A stretch of DNA of 64,000 bases from Verrucomicrobiales bacterium (lineage in GTDB: Bacteria > Verrucomicrobiota > Verrucomicrobiia > Verrucomicrobiales > DEV007). The notes beneath the pieces were generated by a model. That model had not been told where the DNA came from and did no database searches. It saw only the letters and a program-made list of their open reading frames with translations. Position 1 is the first letter of the stretch. Every line of letters begins with the position of its first letter. A program made the translations under genes and the position numbers. Location: NCBI GenBank assembly GCA_037969585.1, contig JBBKXR010000163.1, positions 17,553-81,552 of the forward strand, read 5' to 3'. Of this stretch, positions 1 through 9,274 are shown one piece after another.

Positions 1-68
1 CCGATCACACCACAGCTGATCATGTAGCCGATCGTGCCCGCTTTAAATTTCGGGTAGAAGAGGTTCAT
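1..68 (-). CDS. Partial CDS (first ~22 codons only); hydrophobic N-terminus, probable membrane/transport protein continuing past the window start
   Basis: ATG at 68 (minus strand) lies 5 nt after the TGA (76..74) of the upstream oxidoreductase gene. My hand translation reads MNLFYPKFKAGTIGYMISCGVI and stays open to position 1. It is absent from the ORF track only because the window truncates it. Confidence 0.35.
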   Translation of the reverse strand, partial: MNLFYPKFKAGTIGYMISCGVI

Positions 69-73
69 CGCGA

Positions 74-1063
74 TCAGAGTGTGATCTCGCAGCCCTCGGC
101 GACCGATTTTTCGCACGCCTCGATAATTCGTTGGCAGACGATGGCGTCGTCGATGGTCGAGAGGGGCGCAGCGCCGTTGCCGATGCATGCTTCGATGAAA
201 TATCGAACCTCCTCCCGGATGTGTTCTTCGTAGGCGGAGTAAGTGTGGCTGTGTACCACACCCGGTTGGTTTTCAACCCAGTCTCGATAGCTGAATCGGG
301 TCGAACCTTCCGTGCCGATGACTTTGACGACGAAGGTCCACGGATCGGAGCTGTTGTCATCGGCGGCAAAGTCAGCGCAGAAATGTGCTAGAGCACCGCT
401 GTCGAGGCGCAGATTAACCATGGCAAGATCTTCGCCCTCGAATTGATCGTAGTGGACCACGGATTTCATCGCTGACACCGCCGTTGGATTGCCGCCGAGG
501 TAGCGCAGGATATATCCGTGGTGGGTGAGAATGTGGCGGATAACTCCCGGATAGCGTTCCGCCACCGCTTCGGGGTGGTGGATGTGATAGTGGATGTAAA
601 TCGCGACAAGCTTGCCGAGCTTATTTTCGTCGAGCATCCGGCGGGTGCGCTGCAGTCCGGCCTCGTAGATGTAGTTGTGCCCGGGAAAGAGCGTGACCTG
701 ATATTCTTCCGCGCAGTGCTTCAGCGATTCGAGTTCGTCGAGATCAACAGCGACCGGTTTTTCAATCAGTACATGTTTGCCGGCACGCATCGCCAGTGTC
801 GCGTAGTGGGCGTGGGTTTCCAGGTTCGTGAGGACAAAGACCGCGTCGATCGTCGCGTCCGCGAGCAATGCTTCGGCTGATTCGAAAACGGCGCAGCCGA
901 AGCGTTCCGATTTTTCCCGATTGAGTGATCCATCGATCGACCAGAGTCCCGCGAGCTCGGCACCAGCACAGTGCCGAATCGCTTCGGCATGCAGCAGTGA
1001 AATGTCACCAGCGCCGATGAAAGCGACGCGGGTCTTCGGACGGTTTTCAAAAACGCTCGGCAT
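74..1063 (-). CDS. Gfo/Idh/MocA family NAD(P)-dependent oxidoreductase
   Basis: ORF 74..1099. Rossmann motif RVAFIGAGDIS and the family-typical HVLIEKPVA (EKP) motif are present. Start moved to the internal ATG at 1063 (MPSVFENRPK...); start uncertain by 36 nt. Confidence 0.85.
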   Translation of the reverse strand: MPSVFENRPKTRVAFIGAGDISLLHAEAIRHCAGAELAGLWSIDGSLNREKSERFGCAVFESAEALLADATIDAVFVLTNLETHAHYATLAMRAGKHVLIEKPVAVDLDELESLKHCAEEYQVTLFPGHNYIYEAGLQRTRRMLDENKLGKLVAIYIHYHIHHPEAVAERYPGVIRHILTHHGYILRYLGGNPTAVSAMKSVVHYDQFEGEDLAMVNLRLDSGALAHFCADFAADDNSSDPWTFVVKVIGTEGSTRFSYRDWVENQPGVVHSHTYSAYEEHIREEVRYFIEACIGNGAAPLSTIDDAIVCQRIIEACEKSVAEGCEITL

Positions 1064-1155
1064 GACTGGCAGAGTGCAACTCTGCTTTCGGTTGCGCAAG
1101 CGTGGATGTAGCTGCGAGCGTCAGCGAGTGGCCCGTTGCGTCGGCTGGCAAGCGC

Positions 1156-2556
1156 TTACTCCGTCCACTCGGTGATCGCTTTGCGCTCTTTGAGCGGGTA
1201 CCAATCAGCGATCTTCGTGGCCAGATCGGCAACGATTTCAGGATGATCTTTGGCTAGATTTTTGGTTTCGTCAGGATCGGCGATGACATCGTAGAGCTGC
1301 GGGCGACGTTCTTCACGGGGATGCGTCGCCGCGTACCGACCGAGAGTGCCGTCGTAGGTGAGCAGCAGCTTCCATTTCCCTTCAACCGCCCAGCGATAGA
1401 GCAGCGAAGCTTCCGGGTCATTGATGTCGGCGATGTCGTGCGCGCCGCCTTCACCAAAGACGATCTCGCGTGGGCTGGTCTCGCCGCTCTTCAAAACGGG
1501 CAGCAAGTTGTAGCCGGGCAGGCTGTCGGGTATCTCGGCACCGGAGGCAGCGAGCATGGTCGGCACGATGTCGACACTGGAGACGAGTTGCTCGCCGCGA
1601 TCACCGGGCTTAATGACGCCAGGCCAGCTGTAGAGGGTCGGCTGGCGGGTGCCGCCTTCGTTGGGCGACTGCTTCGAGCGTGGCATGAAGTTTTTGCCAA
1701 CGGGATTCTGGATCCAACCGTTGTCGCAGATGTAGACGAACAGGGTGTTGTCGGTCTGACCGACGTCGTCGATTTTGTCGATGAGCTGGCCGCAGGTTTC
1801 GTCGAACCACTCGCACATAGCGTAGTAGCGAGCGACGTGATCGGACTCGACGCCTTTGGCTTGGTATTTTTTGAAAAGTCGTTCCGGCGGGGTGTGCGGC
1901 GTATGCGGCATGAAGGGCGCATACCAGACGTAGAACGGCTTTTCCTCGGCGACGGCCATGTCGATAAAATCGAACACCGGCTTCATGCCTTCGCGACCGA
2001 TCTTCAAGCCGTCGTCACCGTGGCGTCCGCCCGGTTGGGGAAAGCCGCGGGTCATGCCATGAGTGAAACCGCCACGCGTAAAGTTGCCTTCCCACCACTT
2101 GCCGGACTGGTGGCTGAGGTAGCCTTTTTCACCGAGCAGTTTTGCGATGGTCGGATGTTCATCGACATGAGAAATGAGTTCACCGCGCAGCTTCTCGTAT
2201 TCAGCGTTCTTGTCGCGGTCGCCTTTCTTCATGTCGGCTAAAATGGTCGGGTCGTTGCCGGAAACTTTGTGCTGATAGCTGTAGAGGCCAGTCGCCAAGG
2301 TCATCAGTGAAGGCCGACACAATGCGGTCGGCACGTAGCCGCGACGAAAGACGGCGCTGCGCTCCGCGAGTGCGTCGAGATGCGGAGTTTCGATGTGTTC
2401 GTGGCCCATGAAGCTGTAGTCGGTCCACGACTGATCGTCAGATAGCAGCAGAACGATATTCGGCGGGCGCTCGGCCGCCGTGGTCGAGCGTAAAGGCGCA
2501 AAGGCGCAGAGAACAAGAACGAGGGAAAATGTAGAGAGGTAGGCGGAGATGCGCAT
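1156..2556 (-). CDS. Exported S1-family sulfatase (arylsulfatase-like) with non-canonical CxPxL motif
   Basis: ORF 1156..2844, but its first 96 codons are Arg/His-rich and look non-coding. ATG at 2556 gives the signal peptide MRISAYLSTFSLVLVLCAFAPLRSTTAAE, followed by PNIVLLLSDDQSW and the signature region PTALCRPSLMTLATG. Confidence 0.85.
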   Translation of the reverse strand: MRISAYLSTFSLVLVLCAFAPLRSTTAAERPPNIVLLLSDDQSWTDYSFMGHEHIETPHLDALAERSAVFRRGYVPTALCRPSLMTLATGLYSYQHKVSGNDPTILADMKKGDRDKNAEYEKLRGELISHVDEHPTIAKLLGEKGYLSHQSGKWWEGNFTRGGFTHGMTRGFPQPGGRHGDDGLKIGREGMKPVFDFIDMAVAEEKPFYVWYAPFMPHTPHTPPERLFKKYQAKGVESDHVARYYAMCEWFDETCGQLIDKIDDVGQTDNTLFVYICDNGWIQNPVGKNFMPRSKQSPNEGGTRQPTLYSWPGVIKPGDRGEQLVSSVDIVPTMLAASGAEIPDSLPGYNLLPVLKSGETSPREIVFGEGGAHDIADINDPEASLLYRWAVEGKWKLLLTYDGTLGRYAATHPREERRPQLYDVIADPDETKNLAKDHPEIVADLATKIADWYPLKERKAITEWTE

Positions 2557-2642
2557 AGCCAAGGTTTCGCGAAGGTCGGCGCGGCTGTCAAAGGAGAAAT
2601 TGAGCAGCCCGCTCTTGAGCAGCTTGTTCTGCGACTGATGAA

Positions 2643-3113
2643 CTAGGTCTCCTTGGCCAGCAGTCGTTTCAGTGCGATGACGTCGATTTGATCTTTCTCG
2701 CGGACAGAGCTGGATTTCAATCGAATGAGGTCTTTCCTGCTCGCGAAGCAAATCGTGCTCCCGGCGACGGTCGTCACTCCAGCAGATTCCATGAGGTTCT
2801 GAAAACGCAGGCCGGACATCGTGGTAAAAATATCGATCTGACAATCTTCAGTCGACTCTACCACCCGGATAGCGCCCGCTGCGTCTTCCGAAAAATCATC
2901 TACCGAAAGCTCACGGGCAAATCCCTCACCGAATTCGCTCAGGCATTTGAGTAGACGTTCGATGCTGGCTGGCGAAGATTGGACAAGGGTATCCACATCT
3001 TCCGTCAGACGAATGTAGCCGTTCAGTGCCACGGCGAATCCTCCTACCCCGACGAAGCGAACCTTCGCGTCAGTTAGCTTTACCAACAGTTTTTGGAACG
3101 AGGGTTGCATCAT
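2643..3113 (-). CDS. Nucleotidyltransferase-fold protein (DUF6036/MNT-like, tentative)
   Basis: ORF 2643..3209. The core VRFVGVGGFAVALNGYIRLTEDVDTLV (GG...DxD-type NTase motif) and the C-terminal ASRKDLIRLKSSSVREKDQIDVIALKRL resemble small stand-alone nucleotidyltransferases. Start placed at MMQPSFQ (3113); it could be 3209. Confidence 0.6.
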   Translation of the reverse strand: MMQPSFQKLLVKLTDAKVRFVGVGGFAVALNGYIRLTEDVDTLVQSSPASIERLLKCLSEFGEGFARELSVDDFSEDAAGAIRVVESTEDCQIDIFTTMSGLRFQNLMESAGVTTVAGSTICFASRKDLIRLKSSSVREKDQIDVIALKRLLAKET

Positions 3114-3335
3114 CTTTTCCGCGCCAGTCGGGACCGGGAATTGCGTTTGCGTTTCGCCAGAGGGCTTCCGAGCGTTGCAAAGGATGTTTGATCTCGAGCG
3201 TTCCGCCAACCGATTTTCGAATCGGTTCGGTCAAAGCTGTAGGCTCGTCTGGGACAGTTTCAGCCATAAAGGAAATGTAGCGGATGCGAACGGTATTTAA
3301 TCCGGTATATCGGCCCGTTCCCGGGTCCGCCTTTT

Positions 3336-4790
3336 TCAGAATGGGCCTTGTCGCGTCGGCCCGGGATCCATCGTGAACACGCTCGCGTCGAAAGCGCGTT
3401 GCAGGAGTGAGAGCTTACTTTCGGTTGCCGACGGTTGGTTCCACAAGTTGGTGAATTCGTCAGGGTCATTCTCGAGATCGTAGAGTTCGCCTTCGCCGGT
3501 CCCGTGATAGATGACGATCTTTTCTTTTTGGGTGCGCAGGCAGGTGGCGTAGGCATTGCCGTGCGTCCAACTGTTGTAGTACTCGCAAAAAATCTGTTCG
3601 CGCGGTTTTGGGTCGTGGCCAATGAGAGCGGGGACAAGGCTTCGGCCCTGCAGTCGATCGGCTGGTGCCGGGATTCCAGCGAGCTCAAGTAGAGTGGGCG
3701 CGAGGTCGGTGAGCTCCACTGGATCGTTCACTTGGGTGCCATTGCGGAACTGGCCGTCGGGGTAGCGGACGATCAGGGGCACCCGGATGGCTTCGTCGTA
3801 GAAATGTGGGCCTTTAAAATACAAGTGATGATCGCCGAGCATCTCGCCGTGATCGCTCATGAAGATCACCAGCGTATTGTCGCGCTGGCCGGTGTCATCG
3901 AGTGCGCTGAGAATGCGACCGACTTCATGATCGATGTGCTCACACATTGCGTAGTAGGCAGCGGTAACCTCCTGCCGGTCGCGATCCGTCATGGCAGCAC
4001 TGTGAAATTCGCCGGGCGAATTGTGTGCCCATTCCGCGTCGAGTTTTTGGAACTGTGGCTTATCGATGAGTTCGCCTTCGCGCCGTTTCGGCAGCGGCAT
4101 GTCGTCGGGGTCGTATCGCGCTAGATACTCCGGTGGGGGATCGAAGGGGTGATGCGGAGCGAAGCAGTTGAAACTGAAAAACCACGGAGATCGATCTTCG
4201 CCACTGGCGTCGCGGATAAAGTCGATGGTTTCCTCCGCGCACCATGTGGTTTGATGGAGGTCGGCCGGCATACCGTTTTTGACGTAAGCGGATTCGTTCG
4301 GCGGTTGCTGATAGTGTGCGTCCCAAGTGGTGTCCTTCCTGGTTTCGAGCCATCGCGTGTAGGCATTATCGTGACCCCAGTCCGGTTGAGGGTGGTGCGA
4401 CCAATGAAAGTCCTGGTCGCGATAGCCGTCATCGATGCGCGCTTCGACTTTGCCATCGGAGCACGAGGCGAGATGAAGCTTTCCGGCGAGGCCGCAGCGA
4501 TAGCCCGCGTCAGCGAACATCTTGGTCAGCAAAATCTCATCGGCTGGCATTTGCTGTCCATTTTGGCGACAGCGGGTGGTGCGCGGATAGCGCCCGGTCA
4601 TAAAACTGGCGCGACTCGGCGTACACACCGGGCTCTGGCAATAGGCCTGAAGGAAGCTCACGCCGTCGGCGGCGAGTTGATCGAGGTGCGGAGTGCGGAT
4701 GTGCGAATTTCCGTGTGCAGCGATGGTATCGAAGCGCTGCTGGTCGGTGCATAACCAGAGAATATTGGGGCGGCGTGTTGGAGCGGACAT
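3336..4790 (-). CDS. S1-family sulfatase, no signal peptide (cytoplasmic-looking)
   Basis: PNILWLCTDQQRFD, the canonical formylglycine motif VCTPSRASFMTGRY and FMSDHGEMLGDH are present. The N-terminus MSAPTRRPNIL has no hydrophobic leader. Confidence 0.9.
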   Translation of the reverse strand: MSAPTRRPNILWLCTDQQRFDTIAAHGNSHIRTPHLDQLAADGVSFLQAYCQSPVCTPSRASFMTGRYPRTTRCRQNGQQMPADEILLTKMFADAGYRCGLAGKLHLASCSDGKVEARIDDGYRDQDFHWSHHPQPDWGHDNAYTRWLETRKDTTWDAHYQQPPNESAYVKNGMPADLHQTTWCAEETIDFIRDASGEDRSPWFFSFNCFAPHHPFDPPPEYLARYDPDDMPLPKRREGELIDKPQFQKLDAEWAHNSPGEFHSAAMTDRDRQEVTAAYYAMCEHIDHEVGRILSALDDTGQRDNTLVIFMSDHGEMLGDHHLYFKGPHFYDEAIRVPLIVRYPDGQFRNGTQVNDPVELTDLAPTLLELAGIPAPADRLQGRSLVPALIGHDPKPREQIFCEYYNSWTHGNAYATCLRTQKEKIVIYHGTGEGELYDLENDPDEFTNLWNQPSATESKLSLLQRAFDASVFTMDPGPTRQGPF

Positions 4791-4863
4791 GGGATTGCAA
4801 TGCCCTCAGCAAAGCCTGTTTTTGAGTTTACCGGCAAGGACTTTCGTGACTAGCATCGACATC

Positions 4864-5490
4864 ATGAAAGTTCGTCGCGTTGTCTTGGGGGCACTGGCAG
4901 GAACCATCCTGTCTTTTGTTTGGATCAATCTATCGTGGGTCGCTTTCGACTTGCACGGCAAGTCGATTCGGCAATTTCCGGATGAGCCTGCGATCGCGGC
5001 AGCTCTGAAAGCGCAGAACGTTGAACGCGGCATTTACGTCATTCCGGCAATGACGGTCGACTACGATGATGAGGCAGGCATGGCCGCCCATTTGGAAGAC
5101 AATCGCAGGGGCCCCTACATGATGGGCGTCGTGCGGTCGGGAAGTCTTGAAGAGGCTCCCGCGATGGGACCCTTCATGGCTCGCGGAATAGCGATTCAAT
5201 TGGTTTCGGCCCTGATCGCGGCAGTATTGTTGGCGGCAGCCGCTTCGAATCTGAATTTTATCGGGCGTTTCATGTTCGTGCTGATGCTTGGCGTGTTCGC
5301 CGGCGTCACCGGTCATCTGCCGAACTGGAATTGGTGGTGGTTTCCAGTCGACCACACAGTGGTCAGCATCGCCGACTCGATCATTGGATGGGCGATCGCC
5401 GGTCTCGCAATGGCAGCGATCATCAAGCCGACTTCGACTACGCAACCGACACCAAAACCCGCAGTTGCAGCTGAGAAAGCCGCTGCTTGA
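4864..5490 (+). CDS. Hypothetical integral membrane protein (about 4 TM segments)
   Basis: ORF 4693..5490. The upstream part overlaps the sulfatase start. ATG at 4864 gives MKVRRVVLGALAGTILSFVWINL, followed by several hydrophobic spans and a Pro/Thr/Ala-rich tail. Confidence 0.6.
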   Translation: MKVRRVVLGALAGTILSFVWINLSWVAFDLHGKSIRQFPDEPAIAAALKAQNVERGIYVIPAMTVDYDDEAGMAAHLEDNRRGPYMMGVVRSGSLEEAPAMGPFMARGIAIQLVSALIAAVLLAAAASNLNFIGRFMFVLMLGVFAGVTGHLPNWNWWWFPVDHTVVSIADSIIGWAIAGLAMAAIIKPTSTTQPTPKPAVAAEKAAA

Positions 5491-5521
5491 GCGGTTCCAG
5501 TGCGAGCCTTTTCCCGCTTCG

Positions 5522-6748
5522 CTAGAGCCCCATCAACGGGGCGGGCACCAAAAAAGCGTGCTGCTCGAGCAGGCTTAATGAGCCGTGCCAACTCAGGTAT
5601 TGAGTGAGGAACACGACCAGGGCGTAGGCGGCAACCACCGGCACTGCGGCCAGGCGTCCCGCCCAGCGAAAGATTCCGTGGCGATTTTCCTCACGGCGTG
5701 CGGCGCGTCCTACCGCCCAGCCACTGAGTAATCGGGCGGGGAAAATAAAGATCACGAACAGCAAGCTGGGTAGCCAGGCGACCTCGCGTGGGGTGAGCTG
5801 AATCTTGAGCAGGTAGAGAGGAATAGCGAAAAGAAGGGTCGTGAACAATGCGATCCAGAAGGCGACCGGCGCGCGTCGGAACATGTGGCGGACTGTCTTG
5901 ACCTCAAACAACGCGGCGAAGCGGTTTTCGCAGGCGAAGTGGGTTTGCAGGAACGGCAAGTAGAGAACCACGAACATCAGCAGAGCGGCGCCGAAAAGGG
6001 AAATAATGGCATTGCCGGCCGGCGGAAGTTGGCCCGCGGCGATAAGGATGCCAACCGGTACAATCAGCCAAGCGACGGCGCCGACGAAACCGCGCGCGCC
6101 GAGCCAGAAGTAATGTGGCAGTCGCAAGCTGGCGAGGTAATCAAGGGTGCAGTCACGCATCGAAGTGTAGGTGCCGCGGCGACCGATCCAACGCAAAAGC
6201 TTTAGCGGCGCCGGCCACAAAAAATGTTTCAGTTTGCCGCCGCGAATGCAGGCCCAGACAATGTGGATGACGGCAACGATGGTGAAAAATATCAACGCGA
6301 TCCGCCAGGCGGAGGCAGTGCCGCTGCCGGGGGCGATCAGTTCGGCATCACGCCACATGGATGCGATGAAGCGCACCGGAAGGATAAACAACCAGGCTCC
6401 GATGACGATGCGTCCGAGTACGGCGGCTTTGCGAACACCGACGAATCCGGCGCTTAGCTTGCCTTCGTGGGTGGCGACTCGACCGCTGGCTTCGAGCAGA
6501 TAGCCGAGGCTGAAGAAGTTCAGAATCGGGATCACCGACAGCGCGGCGAGACCGAAGATCAGGGCGACAAATCCGAACAGCCAGTCGAGCATCGAACCGA
6601 ACCAGGCAAAGGCCTTGCGCATCAGCGATGGCGGACGTGGGCCTGCTTCGCCTGCCGTGACGATTTCGCTGACGGAGGGTGGTGCGGTCGCTGCGGGAGC
6701 GAGTGTGACGATCGCGGGTGCGATCGCTGAAGCTTCGGCCTGATCCAT
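5522..6748 (-). CDS. Polytopic membrane protein of unknown function (DUF4013-like, tentative)
   Basis: 408-aa ORF with about 8 hydrophobic segments. The NFFSLGYLLEASGR motif follows the first TM pair. No enzymatic motif recognised. Confidence 0.7.
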   Translation of the reverse strand: MDQAEASAIAPAIVTLAPAATAPPSVSEIVTAGEAGPRPPSLMRKAFAWFGSMLDWLFGFVALIFGLAALSVIPILNFFSLGYLLEASGRVATHEGKLSAGFVGVRKAAVLGRIVIGAWLFILPVRFIASMWRDAELIAPGSGTASAWRIALIFFTIVAVIHIVWACIRGGKLKHFLWPAPLKLLRWIGRRGTYTSMRDCTLDYLASLRLPHYFWLGARGFVGAVAWLIVPVGILIAAGQLPPAGNAIISLFGAALLMFVVLYLPFLQTHFACENRFAALFEVKTVRHMFRRAPVAFWIALFTTLLFAIPLYLLKIQLTPREVAWLPSLLFVIFIFPARLLSGWAVGRAARREENRHGIFRWAGRLAAVPVVAAYALVVFLTQYLSWHGSLSLLEQHAFLVPAPLMGL

Positions 6749-6783
6749 GATACAGGCGCTAGACGGACGATCGGTGCAGTTGG

Positions 6784-8001
6784 TTACATCGCTTCGATGC
6801 GGCGTCCCTTGGGCTGACCAATTTCTTCGAGAAGATCGTCGAACCAGGGTTCGTTGATGTCGAAAGGTTTGCCACCTTTGATGCGCGGGAAATCGATGAT
6901 CGACATTTTGTTGTCGGCGTCTTCGTCAAGACCGGCGACTCCGCCACGACCTTCGAGGGCGGCGACGGCGGCGGTGGCTGCGCTGTCGCGAATCAGTTGC
7001 AGGTCCTCGGCGTTGGGCGCTGCGGAGCGGGCAAAGTAGCCGCTTTTCTGAACGAGAATTTTGTCGACCTTGATGCCTGCCTTGAGATGGTCAGAGAACC
7101 ATTTACCGACATTCATTTCATCGAGTTTGACGTGACCGAAAGCATCGCGAGCCACCGGTGCGCCGGTTTCCTTTTCTAGTTCTTTGACGATGTTGTCGAT
7201 GCCGGCTCCTTCTGAAATGAACACGTTGACGCTGTCGTGCTCGTCCATCTTCTGGCAGAGCCGTTCGCACTCGGCTTCCATGTCGATGTGCATCTCCGGA
7301 AGCCATACGGCGTCGATGCCCCAACGCATGTGGTGAAGCATCGCTTCGGGAAGGAAATCGTAGTCCTTGAGGCTGTCCTGATAGCTCTTTGCGGTCGCGG
7401 CGGTCAGCCAACCACAGTGGCGGCCCATGACTTCATGGACAATCAGCTGGCGGACACTGGTGGTGTTTTCGTTGGCGATGTTGCGGAAGAATCGCGCGCC
7501 TTGATCGGCGGCGGTAACTGCTCCGAGCGTTTGGCGGATCGGGAAGACGTCGTTATCGATGGTCTTGGGAAGTCCGACAACGGTGAGCTCGAAGCCGTTT
7601 TCGTTGAGGTAGGCTTCGAGGTCGGCAGCGGTGGTGTTGGTGTCGTCACCGCCGATGGTGTGCAGGATTTCGATGCCGTCAGCGGCGAGCTGTTTGGCGG
7701 CGACATGCAGCGGCGTTTCGTCTTCTTTGACCAGGCCGCGTCTGACGCAGTCTTCGACGTTGGTCAGCTTGACTCGGCTGTTACCGATCGGGCTGCCGCC
7801 AAATTTGAAAAGGGTCGCATACTGTTCGCGGACTTTCTGGGGAAAGGGGACCGAGAGCCCTTTCAACAAACCGTGGTAGCCGTTCAGGTAACCCACGAGT
7901 TCAGCGTCGGGAGCCAGTTTGTTGTACTGTTCGATGAGTGCGCCGATCGAGGCTGATAGGCAAGGGGCGATGCCGCCGGCAGTGAGAAATCCGATTTTCA
8001 T
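6784..8001 (-). CDS. pfp: Pyrophosphate-dependent 6-phosphofructokinase (PPi-PFK)
   Basis: MKIGFLTAGGIAPCLS, TIGGDDTNTTA (Asp in GGDD is the PPi-type signature, against GGDG in ATP-PFK) and PKTIDNDV are present. Start at ATG 8001 (MKIGF...), not the ORF-track start 8070. Confidence 0.9.
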   Translation of the reverse strand: MKIGFLTAGGIAPCLSASIGALIEQYNKLAPDAELVGYLNGYHGLLKGLSVPFPQKVREQYATLFKFGGSPIGNSRVKLTNVEDCVRRGLVKEDETPLHVAAKQLAADGIEILHTIGGDDTNTTAADLEAYLNENGFELTVVGLPKTIDNDVFPIRQTLGAVTAADQGARFFRNIANENTTSVRQLIVHEVMGRHCGWLTAATAKSYQDSLKDYDFLPEAMLHHMRWGIDAVWLPEMHIDMEAECERLCQKMDEHDSVNVFISEGAGIDNIVKELEKETGAPVARDAFGHVKLDEMNVGKWFSDHLKAGIKVDKILVQKSGYFARSAAPNAEDLQLIRDSAATAAVAALEGRGGVAGLDEDADNKMSIIDFPRIKGGKPFDINEPWFDDLLEEIGQPKGRRIEAM

Positions 8002-8141
8002 GAGGTCCTTAGGTGTAGTGGGTTCCTGCGCTGTGGATGCCTTTTGGCTTTCCACGATGCGCGCGCACACTGAACTTTCCGTTTCGCATTGTCAAGGAAG
8101 GCACTGGGTGCGGCGAGTGGCTTTTGGTATTAAAATTGGCG

Positions 8142-8170
8142 TTGACGCTGGGCTGCGGGACACCTATGCC
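8142..8170 (+). promoter_or_regulatory. Candidate sigma70-type promoter for the ROK kinase gene
   Basis: TTGACG (8142..8147), a 17-nt spacer, then TATGCC (8165..8170), about 70 nt upstream of ATG 8243 in the divergent pfp/ROK intergenic region. Consensus match only. Confidence 0.3.
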
Positions 8171-8242
8171 TGATCGCTGTCGCCAGGCGCGGAATTAGAC
8201 TGTGAAGTGACAGACTCAAGGGAGAAGGGAACTGTTAATACT

Positions 8243-9262
8243 ATGAGTGAAGAAGCATCTTTTTACGGCGGTTTGGATATTGGTGGAACGACGGTGAAAA
8301 CCGTTCTGGTTGACGGTATGGGTGAGCAGATAGGTGAAATGGTCGAGGTGCGCAGCAAGGTCGATGAGGGCTACGAGGCGACGTTCGGCCAGTTGCGATC
8401 GGCGCTCGAGCAGTTGGCGCAAAATGCGGGCATCACTTTTGATAAGATCCGCGGTGTCGGACTGGATGTGCCGGCACCGTGCTGCGACGGCGTCGTCTGG
8501 AGTAAGGCGAACTTGGCTCAGGATTGGGTGGGAGTAGATATTCGCGGCAAGCTTTCCGAGCGGCTGGGTGTTCCAGTTTATATGACCAACGACGGCAGTG
8601 CAGCGGCGGTTGGCGAGTATGCATTGCGCCGCAAACATCTCGGCAGTTTGCTTTTTGCAGCGCCGGGAACGGGGCTTGCGGGTGGTCTGGTCCTACCGGG
8701 TGGACAAATTTACGAAGGCGCCAACGGCTTGTCGCTGGAGGTCGGGCACAACTCGGTGCCACACCGTGAAGATGACGGTGAATTGCCGCAGTGTTCGTGT
8801 GGAATGTACGGCTGCACGGAGGCGTGGGTGTCTCTGGTAGCGTTGCGCCGTCGGGTGCGTTTGGAATTGGCGAAGCCGGAAAATGCCGGGCATCCGCTCA
8901 ATCAAGGTGGCTTGTCTGACAAGGAGCAGGCCTTTGCTTTGCGTGATTACGCGACGGCCGGCGATGCCTTGGCGATATCGATTTTTCAGCAACAGGGACA
9001 GATCTTTGGTCACGCCCTCGCTGACCTGACGCGCCTGTTCGATCCCGGCCTGATCGTGATCGGTGGCGGTCTCGCCGAAACTTCGTTTCGCGATCAGTAT
9101 ATGGAGTGGGTGATGGAGGGCTTCCGTAAACGGGCCTGGCCGGTTTACATCGAAAGCCCGGTTGAGCCGGGGCGGAAAACCACCCGCTTCGAATGGGCGA
9201 TCGGTGGCGATGCCGCGGGCGCGCTGGGCATGGGCTACACCGCGCGCGAATTGTTTAGGTGA
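8243..9262 (+). CDS. ROK family sugar kinase (glucokinase-like)
   Basis: N-terminal ATP-binding motif GGLDIGGTTVK and the ROK zinc motif CSCGMYGCTEAW are present. ATG 8243 is preceded by gggagaaggga. The ORF-track GTG 8207 is an alternative start. Confidence 0.85.
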   Translation: MSEEASFYGGLDIGGTTVKTVLVDGMGEQIGEMVEVRSKVDEGYEATFGQLRSALEQLAQNAGITFDKIRGVGLDVPAPCCDGVVWSKANLAQDWVGVDIRGKLSERLGVPVYMTNDGSAAAVGEYALRRKHLGSLLFAAPGTGLAGGLVLPGGQIYEGANGLSLEVGHNSVPHREDDGELPQCSCGMYGCTEAWVSLVALRRRVRLELAKPENAGHPLNQGGLSDKEQAFALRDYATAGDALAISIFQQQGQIFGHALADLTRLFDPGLIVIGGGLAETSFRDQYMEWVMEGFRKRAWPVYIESPVEPGRKTTRFEWAIGGDAAGALGMGYTARELFR

Positions 9263-9274
9263 TTCGTTAATGCG

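Noticed and set aside
2557-2844. 96-codon N-terminal extension of the sulfatase ORF (track start 2844)
   Set aside because: The extension is Arg/His/Asp-rich with no signal peptide and overlaps the stop region of the neighbouring gene. The internal ATG at 2556 yields a textbook signal peptide directly before the sulfatase domain.
3070-3267. 65-aa ORF upstream of and overlapping the nucleotidyltransferase gene, considered as a possible antitoxin-like partner
   Set aside because: It has no recognisable fold or motif and no RBS, and it overlaps the NTase start region out of frame. I cannot support it from sequence alone. It is mentioned in a finding as something to test.
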